From the NCBI GenBank assembly GCA_046329925.1, contig JAXLTS010000010.1:51836-115835 (forward strand): a DNA stretch of 64,000 nt, in the 5' to 3' direction. The stretch is from Bacteroidales bacterium (lineage in GTDB: Bacteria > Bacteroidota > Bacteroidia > Bacteroidales > JAAYUG01). The position numbers and the translations under genes were made by a program. Position 1 is the stretch's first letter. Each line of letters begins with the position of its first letter. Of the stretch, positions 19,301-26,617 are shown piece by piece. Below the pieces are notes generated by a model that saw only the letters and a list, made by a program, of their open reading frames with translations, was not told where the DNA came from and searched no databases.

Positions 19301-20825
19301 GCTCCAGTCTGTATTTTCCTGATGCTTTATTCTCAAGTACTACGCCTGCCTCCCCCAACAGTTCAATGTCATTTATATAGATTTTGGTGTTCTGAAGTTG
19401 CGAAAGGGAAATGATGTCTGCCCGGAGTGTGTAGGTACTGGTTTTCACGGTTTGCCTGGCTTCAACGGGATTTTCCCACTTTATAATGGGAACGGATGCA
19501 GGCAGATAATCGATTGTCCGCACCTCCGAAGTATCTGATCCTCCTGAATTGGATGCTGTAAGGTACACCCTGTTTTCACCGGGAGTCAGTTTCACAGCAT
19601 AGTTCAACAGTACCGGGCAACTATCGGAGCCTGCCTCATTAAGCCCCATGGTAACATTGGTGACGTCGTTATTCAGAAAGGCTTTAACATTCTGAATTTT
19701 GGATTTCGATTTCAGGCAGGCCCTTAGCCAATAAACATCCGAGATACTTAAAACGCTACCCGTTCCAGGGCTAACCCAGGTAATTTCAGGAGGATTCAGT
19801 GGCTGGAAGTTAATGAATCTGCTATCCGACAGTTGTTCCCCGATGGCATTAACTGCCTTAATAACTATTTCATTATCTCCCCTATTCAGTTTCACCTTCT
19901 TGCTGAATATAAATTCTCCCGCCCGGTAGACGGCTGTTTTGGCGTTTCCGGGTTCATCCAGCAACTTCCCGTTGAGGATTAACTGCACCTCCTGGAGTGG
20001 CAGGGCTGATTTTATTGCAGCTTCGATCTCAGTTAATTCGGAATGGCTGTCAGATCTTTGATTTTCGGGCGAATTCCAAACAATTACCGGGGGAGTTTGT
20101 GGCTGATAAATAATGACTTTTTTCTTTGAGGTAACTCTGCCATAGACATTACCTGTAGTAAAATATATGGTGTTTTCGCCTGCAGCAAGTGGAATCTCTT
20201 TTTCCAACTGGTAAAAGCCGGTTTCCCTGCTGATGGATTTCACTCCCGCGTCGCCAATCAACTCCATTTCATTTACGAGAATGTGGGTTGCCTGCAATTC
20301 GCTGATGGAATAAATGTCTGCCCGGATAGGGTAACTGGGGGTTCCTACAGAAATTTTTTGACCTGATGGGTTCGTCCAGCCAATGGTAGGGATACCCGGC
20401 GGAAAGTACATGATGTACCGCATCTCTGAAGAGGTATTTCCTGCTTCATTTCCCGCCATTATAAATACCTTGTTCTCCCCGGGAATTAACTTAATGTCGA
20501 AATTCAGGAGCAGAGCACAACTGTCAGAAGAAGGAGTGGCAGATCCTAACGTTACCGGGAGGCCAACATCATTTTGTTGGATTTTTACATATGCCAACCG
20601 CGAGGATGACCTGATGCAGGCTTTAAGCCAGTATTTATCGGTATTGCTCAGAACACGTTCTGCCGAGGGACTATGCCAGGATATTACGGGAGGATCACTT
20701 TCAGTTGCCGGTTCCAATTCCGTTACCGGACTGATCCCAATTCCCATAACCGGTAATAATCCGCACAGCAGGGATAAGAACAGGATGATCCCGGCTCTAA
20801 TGGTAACCTTCTGATTAGTATTCAT
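16338..20825 (-). CDS. membrane-anchored caspase (peptidase C14) family protein with 12 N-terminal Ig-like domains
   Basis: The start is set at Met48 of the listed ORF (MNTNQKVTIRAGIILFLSLLCGLLPVMGIGI, a signal/anchor). Twelve ~100-aa beta-sandwich-like repeats each end in a GEN-x-(I/V)-x-x-x-A-x-N motif. The C-terminal 227 aa carry caspase motifs: IALVIGNSEY, the YYAGHG His (codon 16785-16787) and the ILDACRDNPF Cys (codon 16629-16631). Confidence 0.85.
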   Translation of the reverse strand: MNTNQKVTIRAGIILFLSLLCGLLPVMGIGISPVTELEPATESDPPVISWHSPSAERVLSNTDKYWLKACIRSSSRLAYVKIQQNDVGLPVTLGSATPSSDSCALLLNFDIKLIPGENKVFIMAGNEAGNTSSEMRYIMYFPPGIPTIGWTNPSGQKISVGTPSYPIRADIYSISELQATHILVNEMELIGDAGVKSISRETGFYQLEKEIPLAAGENTIYFTTGNVYGRVTSKKKVIIYQPQTPPVIVWNSPENQRSDSHSELTEIEAAIKSALPLQEVQLILNGKLLDEPGNAKTAVYRAGEFIFSKKVKLNRGDNEIVIKAVNAIGEQLSDSRFINFQPLNPPEITWVSPGTGSVLSISDVYWLRACLKSKSKIQNVKAFLNNDVTNVTMGLNEAGSDSCPVLLNYAVKLTPGENRVYLTASNSGGSDTSEVRTIDYLPASVPIIKWENPVEARQTVKTSTYTLRADIISLSQLQNTKIYINDIELLGEAGVVLENKASGKYRLEREIPLQQGENNISITSLNSYGKMTSRKRVLVYVVPQSPLISWNTPADPWTEQVKNNLQYSITINSSEPVESVQVFLNGNPISSVPQVKPVDGAAGTFALLGNLSLQKGENVVYVSARNPTGTRESEKRKIVVRPLAAPVITWINPGENRIVSNSEGYWIRACLKSGGPFQYVKIQLNDVGQTVLQSPNDLNSDSCSWLLNFEVKLNQGENKVFIMAGNAAGNSSSDMRSIIYLPTSIPVITWTNPQEPRITTNAGTYQLTAEIFSSTALEPTHIFINDIELIGENTVTATSVGSYTFTREVPLQQGENSIYISAANAKGKADSKKKILVYEQIVAPVISWSSPPIARSSVTNKTAYIIASIKSDQPVLSAKVEVNGQTMSSSPDIRPGKIKGEYILQSILPLNAGENEIVISATNSAGHGTSEKRVLVLQTDVKPEILSVTPVEPKTSVTGETARVSAVIRSASMLGEIDIFLNGKLLPQVGNANIQNKGAGEYQLEESFPLQIGENSFYFIVKNAAGSDTSDMRFITRISEQQAGIDNRSMQNKAIRTETREAPVEVVREKIALPVVTWVNPDKQVFETNLSAVLVRATVKSAEKPASIFVYVNNLAPEDASWALVAGTKDEYRFEKKINLQPGTNKVYLEVSNSAGTIRSDLRTLNSPVDKPPVIQWGIPSEPNSIVNQENFTIEACVNTLSDLKSISVLVNGTEQGNDLVLKRNEQGDCNYTWQKEIILKEGENSVFILASNESLNNRSEKRIIKYEKAAIEKRIALVIGNSEYIDSKSLKNTVNDANLMEATLKELGFEVIKRLNANQAGMNKAIEEFSKRLPEYNVGLFYYAGHGVQVDGTNYLIPVDATLQEKADCKFQAVKVDFVIEEFQKYPDNINIVILDACRDNPFRSWTRGGAQVFKPIPPTSGTIIAFATVEGSVAADGTGLHGPFTEELVKQMLIPQPVESVFKKTRVLVQKRTNGAQNPMEWSMLKGEFFFKK
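18012..18902 (-). repeat. coding supermodule copy 3 (a-b-c)
   Basis: ORF residues 689-985. It opens with APVITWINP...YWIRACLKSG. By eye its a domain is the closest to copy 1 (…KLNQGENKVFIMAGNAAGNSSSDMR versus …KLIPGENKVFIMAGNEAGNTSSEMR). Confidence 0.75.
18903..19802 (-). repeat. coding supermodule copy 2 (a-b-c)
   Basis: ORF residues 389-688. It opens with PPEITWVSP...YWLRACLKSK. The b domain (IIKWENP...IYINDIELLGEAG) parallels the b domains of copies 1 and 3. Confidence 0.75.
19803..20693 (-). repeat. coding supermodule copy 1 (three Ig-like domains a-b-c) of caspase gene
   Basis: ORF residues 92-388. It opens with PPVISWHSP...YWLKACIRSS and is collinear with copies 2 and 3 domain by domain. 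Confidence 0.75.
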
Positions 20826-20908
20826 GTCATTAAAATTAAGTAATAAGCGGCCGACTGGCCTCACCTCGTCCTGGACCCAATAGAATTGGTTTGTTTCCAG
20901 GATATTTT

Positions 20909-20939
20909 CAAATATATGAAATTTACAAATAAATGTCAA
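20909..20939 (-). promoter_or_regulatory. candidate promoter of the caspase gene
   Basis: The minus strand reads TTGACA, 17 nt, then TATATTTG. The last 8-mer fits the Bacteroidota -7 consensus TAnnTTTG. It lies ~85 nt upstream of the chosen ATG and inside the rejected N-terminal ORF extension. Confidence 0.4.
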
Positions 20940-21132
20940 GTGATTATCAGCCATATAACCCATCATGCACCATTCTGATCCGGCATATCGGTTTTTATCA
21001 TCATAACTCAGGTATTTTTCGAAAATTCAGGGATAATTAATTCTACTCTAACAATTTATTGCATTAAATTTCTTGACCGGCGAGTCTAATCAACTCATTT
21101 TTTATGTACCTTCAATCAAAATATCCTGAAAA

Positions 21133-24100
21133 ATGAAAACCAGCCTGCTAACAATCCTTTTCTTCCTGATCATTCTCTCAGTTAAAGCCCAAAAGCCCGA
21201 GGCCAATATATACCAGGCTTCTGTAGCACCTCTCATTGACGGCACGATTGATGCAGTGTGGGCGGAGGCCACTGCCTACAACATCGCCCTGCCCTTCGTG
21301 AATGAAAAACCCACGTTGGGTAATCCCGGAGAAACTACCTGGAAAGCTCTATGGGGGGATGAAGGTCTGTTCATCCTGCTGCAGGTAACGGATAACGTTT
21401 TTTCGCCCTGCTATTACGGTTCTCAAGACTGTTACGACTATCAATTCGATAAAATGGAGTTATACTTCGATTGCAACGAGGTGTTGGAAGATGGCGGGGG
21501 TGGTCAATTCTTCAGTAGTAACGGACATTACCAGGTTGCCGAAGGATATAACGAAGGTTGGCTGGATGGAGGTGAAATGATAGATGCAAATAGAGGTATC
21601 AGATATGCTCATGTTTTAAATAATCCCAATGTAGTCTGGGAATACTTTATCCCCTGGTCCTATCTGCTCGACAAGGATGGTAACCTGATGAACTTAAGTT
21701 CCCCCATGGGATTTGATGTGACAATAAACGATAATGACACCCCAGGAATTCCTGACAGACGAAGGGCTGTATGGTCCAATGATGGAAATGGCAATATCGT
21801 GAATGAATCCTGGAATACTATGGATGGTTGTGGGATAATTAATTTTGTAGGTGTTCCCAGTCCCATTCTGGTCACGGGAATTGCGATTAATTCCTCTGAA
21901 AACAGTATCAAAACCGACAATGGGAGCCTCCAGATGGAAGCTGTTGTTTCTCCATCGAATGCGACAAATCAACTCGTACAATGGACTGTTGAAAACATTT
22001 CAGGGAGAGCCAAAATAAGCGAAAACGGCCTCTTGACGGCGCTTAATGACGGAACCGTGAAAGTGATCGCTAAAGCAAAAGATGAGTCAGGAATTCAGGC
22101 TGAAAAGATCATTTCCATAACTGATCAGATGGTTTTCCCGAATGAGCTCAATCTGATCCGGAATGGCACATTCGATCTGGACGGCCCCGGCTTCCCGCAG
22201 TACTGGAGCGGATGGCTTGACGGTGCCGGCCAGACTATTTCTGTTATTGGAAATGTGGCCAATCTCGATCCAAACCAGTATAACGAAGTATGGCATTACC
22301 AGTTTTATCAGACTGGAAATGACAAAGACTGGTACCTGTACAATGATACCTCTTATATTGTAATGTTTGATGCGTGGAGCGATGTTGCCCGTACCATTAC
22401 TTTTGACTTTGAAGACAGCCCTGAAAATTTCTATACCCGTTACGGCGACTCACAAGATGAAAATGCAGTGAATGGGACATCCGAGTGGAATGTGGATATC
22501 ACTACAATAAGGGCCACCTATACCCAAACCTTCACCTGCGCCCGTGCGCTCCAGAATACAATTCATAAAATTCAGTTCAATCTTTCAGGCGATGATAACA
22601 TGGTATATCTCGACAATATTGCTCTTTATTCCATCGGGGATTATGAACGTGCCCAGGTATTAAAACGCACCACCCTTAGTACAAACAGACTATTTCATTT
22701 ATGGACTGACAGCGCCCGGGTGGAAGCATCCATTCTCGGGATAACAGGTGATAACCTTCTTCAGCATGGTTTATGCTGGGGTACCTCACCACAACCTACG
22801 ATCGCAGGATCAAAAACAGCCTTGGGTGAGCGGAACAGCCTGGGGAAATTCACATCGTTGCTCACTGGCCTCTCCCCTGCTACTAAATATTATGTAAGGG
22901 CCTATGCCACTGACTCCCAGCAGACCGTATATGGAAATGATTTGCAGATTTATACCGCTCAGATCCCGGTCACGGTGCAGGCAACCCCGGGTCAAAGCAA
23001 GGTATATGGGAATGCCGATCCCGCCCAATTTGCCTACACCATAAGTGCAGGTTCGGTGATGTCAGGGATTCCTCTCCAGGGTGCACTTGACCGGGCAGAA
23101 GGAAATATTCCGGGTACTTATCCGATCGGACAGGGAACCCTCACAGGCGAAAACAATCCCAATTACACACTCAGTTTTGTGTCTGCAGATTTTACCATTG
23201 CACCCAGACCGCTCACCATTACCGGCACGAAAGCCATGAATAAGGTCTATGATGGCAACACCAACGCCAGCCTTATCAAGGGAACCCTGTCAGGTGTATT
23301 GAAAGGCGACACTGTCATTTTTCAAGCCGGAGCCGCCCATTTTGCAGATAATAAGGTGGGGTATAAAGCAGTAACAGTTGACGGATATTCCATGCAGGGA
23401 GGTCAAGTTGTAAGATACACTTATACCTTTCCTTCCACTTCCTTTATGGCCAGCATCACCCCGGCTGCCCTCAGCATTACCGGTTTAACAGTGAAAGAAA
23501 AACAATACGACGGGACTGTCTTTGCAGAACTTATGGGCGGCAGTTTTCAACACGTGGTGCAAGGCGACAGTGTGGTCATGATCCGGGGTACAGGTAAATT
23601 CGGTTCAAAAAACGCCGGAAATAATATCAGCATCTATATTACCGGATTCAATGTGGGCGGACCCGATTCGGCTAATTATAATGTTACCCAGCCGCAGAGC
23701 ATACAAGGCAATATCACCCCTGCACCGCTCGTGGTAAAAGCTGAGAATGCAACCAGGCCAAAAGGGACACCCAATCCATTTTTCACACTTGTCTATTCCG
23801 GGTTTATCCAAAAAGAAGATGAATCAGTGCTGGACATCAAACCCATTGCCTGGTGTGCAGCAGATACAAACAGCCCTCCCGGCAACTATGATATACTGGT
23901 CAGCGGAGGACTGGATAATAATTATGCCCTGTTCTATTTGAGCGGTACGCTTAAAGTTACCGATGGAACCGGTGTTGGAGAAAACCAGTTGAATGGTCTT
24001 AGCATATTCCCAAATCCTGTAACTGAACATTTCATCCTCCATATTGACGGATGTAGTTCAGAGGTCGTTTATCAGCTGTTTAATCAACAGGGCAGGATGG

Positions 24101-24234
24101 TCATCGATGGGATACTTAACATACCTGAAACAGAAGTGCGGATGGATGGCATGGCTGACGGCCTGTATCTGGTTAGAATATTCAGGAATGGACAGGTAAT
24201 CGGGAGTAAGCGTGTGATTAAAATTTCGAAATAA
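21133..24234 (+). CDS. T9SS-secreted multidomain surface protein (CBM9-like, Big_2-like, CBM4_9-like, MBG/YDG repeat region, CTD)
   Basis: 1033 aa with a signal peptide. The CBM9-like N-terminus reads DGTIDAVWAEA...WKALWGDEGLFILLQVTD...ELYFD. The MBG-type segment reads YGNADPAQFAYT...GTYPI...NPNYTLSFVSADFTIAPRPLTITG and is followed by KVYDGNT/KQYDGTV repeats. The CTD reads IFPNPVTEHF...GLYLVRI. Confidence 0.8.
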   Translation: MKTSLLTILFFLIILSVKAQKPEANIYQASVAPLIDGTIDAVWAEATAYNIALPFVNEKPTLGNPGETTWKALWGDEGLFILLQVTDNVFSPCYYGSQDCYDYQFDKMELYFDCNEVLEDGGGGQFFSSNGHYQVAEGYNEGWLDGGEMIDANRGIRYAHVLNNPNVVWEYFIPWSYLLDKDGNLMNLSSPMGFDVTINDNDTPGIPDRRRAVWSNDGNGNIVNESWNTMDGCGIINFVGVPSPILVTGIAINSSENSIKTDNGSLQMEAVVSPSNATNQLVQWTVENISGRAKISENGLLTALNDGTVKVIAKAKDESGIQAEKIISITDQMVFPNELNLIRNGTFDLDGPGFPQYWSGWLDGAGQTISVIGNVANLDPNQYNEVWHYQFYQTGNDKDWYLYNDTSYIVMFDAWSDVARTITFDFEDSPENFYTRYGDSQDENAVNGTSEWNVDITTIRATYTQTFTCARALQNTIHKIQFNLSGDDNMVYLDNIALYSIGDYERAQVLKRTTLSTNRLFHLWTDSARVEASILGITGDNLLQHGLCWGTSPQPTIAGSKTALGERNSLGKFTSLLTGLSPATKYYVRAYATDSQQTVYGNDLQIYTAQIPVTVQATPGQSKVYGNADPAQFAYTISAGSVMSGIPLQGALDRAEGNIPGTYPIGQGTLTGENNPNYTLSFVSADFTIAPRPLTITGTKAMNKVYDGNTNASLIKGTLSGVLKGDTVIFQAGAAHFADNKVGYKAVTVDGYSMQGGQVVRYTYTFPSTSFMASITPAALSITGLTVKEKQYDGTVFAELMGGSFQHVVQGDSVVMIRGTGKFGSKNAGNNISIYITGFNVGGPDSANYNVTQPQSIQGNITPAPLVVKAENATRPKGTPNPFFTLVYSGFIQKEDESVLDIKPIAWCAADTNSPPGNYDILVSGGLDNNYALFYLSGTLKVTDGTGVGENQLNGLSIFPNPVTEHFILHIDGCSSEVVYQLFNQQGRMVIDGILNIPETEVRMDGMADGLYLVRIFRNGQVIGSKRVIKISK

Positions 24235-24245
24235 AAGAAGTATCA

Positions 24246-24758
24246 ATGATTTCAAAGACTAGATTTTTGAGTCTGTTGCTTCTGTCGTTTATTATGCTTT
24301 TCATGTTTCTTTTTTCCTGCAAGGATGAAGGAAGAAACTGCGGCTGTGAACCAACCCATCCAAACTTATATAAACTCAGAGGCGATTACTTCGACAAAGT
24401 CGCAGTTTTAATGAATAAAGATAAAACAGCCATCATCGGATATCCAGGCCCGCACGATCCAGCAGCAGATACTGCTTGTCATGCCCTCAAACTGATTAAT
24501 GGTTACGTACTCGACTTTAACTGCTCCTATGGGATCAATTCAGCCTACCTTTCCATCACCAGAAAAGAATTCGCAGAGAAGATTTACCAGATTGGTTCTG
24601 ACAGCCTGAAGTTTTATATTCTGGACAAAGACCCTTACCTGGAGTACTACCGTCTGTATTATTCACCGCCCTGCGATAGCGCCAGGTACGACACTGCCTG
24701 CATGAATGAACTCATCCGGAAAGGACGGATTGATTGGTATTATGAGCGTATAAAATGA
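24246..24758 (+). CDS. hypothetical Cys-rich lipoprotein
   Basis: 170 aa with the lipobox LFSC. It has eight further Cys residues and no recognised family. It lies 11 nt after the upstream stop. Confidence 0.6.
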   Translation: MISKTRFLSLLLLSFIMLFMFLFSCKDEGRNCGCEPTHPNLYKLRGDYFDKVAVLMNKDKTAIIGYPGPHDPAADTACHALKLINGYVLDFNCSYGINSAYLSITRKEFAEKIYQIGSDSLKFYILDKDPYLEYYRLYYSPPCDSARYDTACMNELIRKGRIDWYYERIK

Positions 24759-24840
24759 AATACTGATAGAATAAAAGTATTATCAGGATTTCTATAAGGT
24801 AAAAAAACCTAAACCAGGATAACAGAAAATTTAAATCACC

Positions 24841-26607
24841 ATGAAAAGTTTTCTATTTGGATTTTTTCTGTGTATCTATTTTTTGCCATCCTATTCGCAG
24901 AAACCCGAAGCCCAGGCTGGAGGTGTGCCTAAAGCTCCGATAGTTGACGGGATACCAGATCCTATCTGGAAATTATGGAAATCATATCCGATAGCTCTTC
25001 CATTTCAATCGGAAACTCCGACTCTCGGTAAGCAGGGTGAAACCTATTGGGAAGCGCTCAGTGATGGTGATGGCGTGTACATCCTGGTGCATATCAGGGA
25101 TAGTGTATTCTCTCCTTGTTATAGCGACTGTAATTCCTGGGAATTTGATCGTCCGGAACTGTATTTCGATTGCAACTTTGAGCTTGTAGATGGTGGAGGC
25201 GGTCAGTGGCCGGGCAGAGAAGGACACTATATGGTATCATATAAATATAATGAGGCATTGCTCAGGGGTGGAACTCAGTACGGCGACAGTGGAATCAGGT
25301 ACGGCCATTTCGTGCAGGATACCACTGTCGACTGGGAATTTTTCATTCCATGGTCCCTGCTTAAGGATAGAGGGGGAAAGGATTTTTCGCAAGGGCACGC
25401 CATGGGATTTGATGTAACCATACGTGATAACGACACTCCCGGAACCCCAGGTTCCTCAAGAGCTGTATGGAGCAACGACGGGACGGGGACTGCCTTAAAT
25501 GAATCATGGAACAGCATGGACGATTGCGGTCTCCTGAATTTTCAGAATGGTCCTTGTGATGAAGGTTTTGAACTGGTTGCTCCCGACACCAATATTGCCA
25601 TTGATAATGGGAGTATGCAAATCAAGTTATATTATTTCCCGTATTACTATAACTGCAGAAAATGCAGGGTGGAAAATGGTACCGGGAAAGCAAGCATCGA
25701 CAAAAACGGTCTGCTAACCGCCCTGATGAATGGAACGATTAAAGTTATTATTGATGGCGACCCCTGCCATGATTCTCAAGAGATATCCATTAACATCACG
25801 AATCAATTACTCTCCCTGGACGATATAAACCTTCTGGCGAATGGGAATTTTGGTGAGGATGGACATGGATATCCGGAATCCTGGGAGGGAAGTATTGATA
25901 CAAGCAATCAACAGCTGTTGGTCCGGGAGGGTGTGCTTGAATGCAATCCCAATCTTTTGGAAGATGGAAAAAATCTTCAATTCGTACAGACAGGGAACCG
26001 GAACGGATGGGTGCTTTCCAACGATACCACCTACCTGCTGATGTTTGATGCCTGGTCTTCCAGGGAGAGGACGATCATGGTTAGTGTCGAAGATGACTCA
26101 GTGCATGGATTGGAGCCCTATGGTGATTCTCCCGACAGTACTTCTATTCTGGGAACTTCAAAATGGGAAATTCACTTAAGTCCCTACCGGAGTTCATTCA
26201 TTCAGCACACCACCATGAAACGGATTCAGCCCGATTCGGAATACAGGCTCATATTTGAACTTGCAGGTGATACGGGAATGGTTTATCTGGATAACATACG
26301 CTTATTCCCGCTCAGTTATTATACTGAATATCGGCTGAACTATTCCATGCCGCAAGGCACCGACACTGATTTAATTAGCCTGTTTCCAAATCCCGCACAG
26401 GATTACTGCATCATTCATTCGAATAACGAATTTTTCAAAAGCCGATGTCAGCTCTTTGATATTTCAGGCAGGCAAGTGGGTTCATTCGATCTTTCAGGAC
26501 CCTTTTCCCGAATACCATTGGTTAATCTAACTAATGGCATCTACTTCTTTAATTTCACAAAACAAAATGGTGAGACAGTAACCCTTAAATTGATCAGAAA
26601 TCATTAA
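24841..26607 (+). CDS. T9SS-secreted CBM9-like/Big_2-like/CBM4_9-like protein, paralog of the 21133-24234 N-terminal two thirds
   Basis: 588 aa. It is collinear with the larger gene (QKPEAQ...IVDGIPDPIW...YWEALSDGDGVYILVHIRD...ELYFDCN...GFDVTIRDNDTPG...AVWSNDG). It lacks the MBG region. The CTD reads LFPNPAQDY...GIYFFNF. Confidence 0.8.
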   Translation: MKSFLFGFFLCIYFLPSYSQKPEAQAGGVPKAPIVDGIPDPIWKLWKSYPIALPFQSETPTLGKQGETYWEALSDGDGVYILVHIRDSVFSPCYSDCNSWEFDRPELYFDCNFELVDGGGGQWPGREGHYMVSYKYNEALLRGGTQYGDSGIRYGHFVQDTTVDWEFFIPWSLLKDRGGKDFSQGHAMGFDVTIRDNDTPGTPGSSRAVWSNDGTGTALNESWNSMDDCGLLNFQNGPCDEGFELVAPDTNIAIDNGSMQIKLYYFPYYYNCRKCRVENGTGKASIDKNGLLTALMNGTIKVIIDGDPCHDSQEISINITNQLLSLDDINLLANGNFGEDGHGYPESWEGSIDTSNQQLLVREGVLECNPNLLEDGKNLQFVQTGNRNGWVLSNDTTYLLMFDAWSSRERTIMVSVEDDSVHGLEPYGDSPDSTSILGTSKWEIHLSPYRSSFIQHTTMKRIQPDSEYRLIFELAGDTGMVYLDNIRLFPLSYYTEYRLNYSMPQGTDTDLISLFPNPAQDYCIIHSNNEFFKSRCQLFDISGRQVGSFDLSGPFSRIPLVNLTNGIYFFNFTKQNGETVTLKLIRNH

Positions 26608-26617
26608 TTAAAGAACT

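Noticed and set aside
20826-20966. 47-codon N-terminal extension of the caspase ORF (listed start 20966).
   Set aside because: The extension has no signal-like features and contains the TTGACA-17-TATATTTG promoter-like box. Met48 starts a typical charged-then-hydrophobic signal/anchor.
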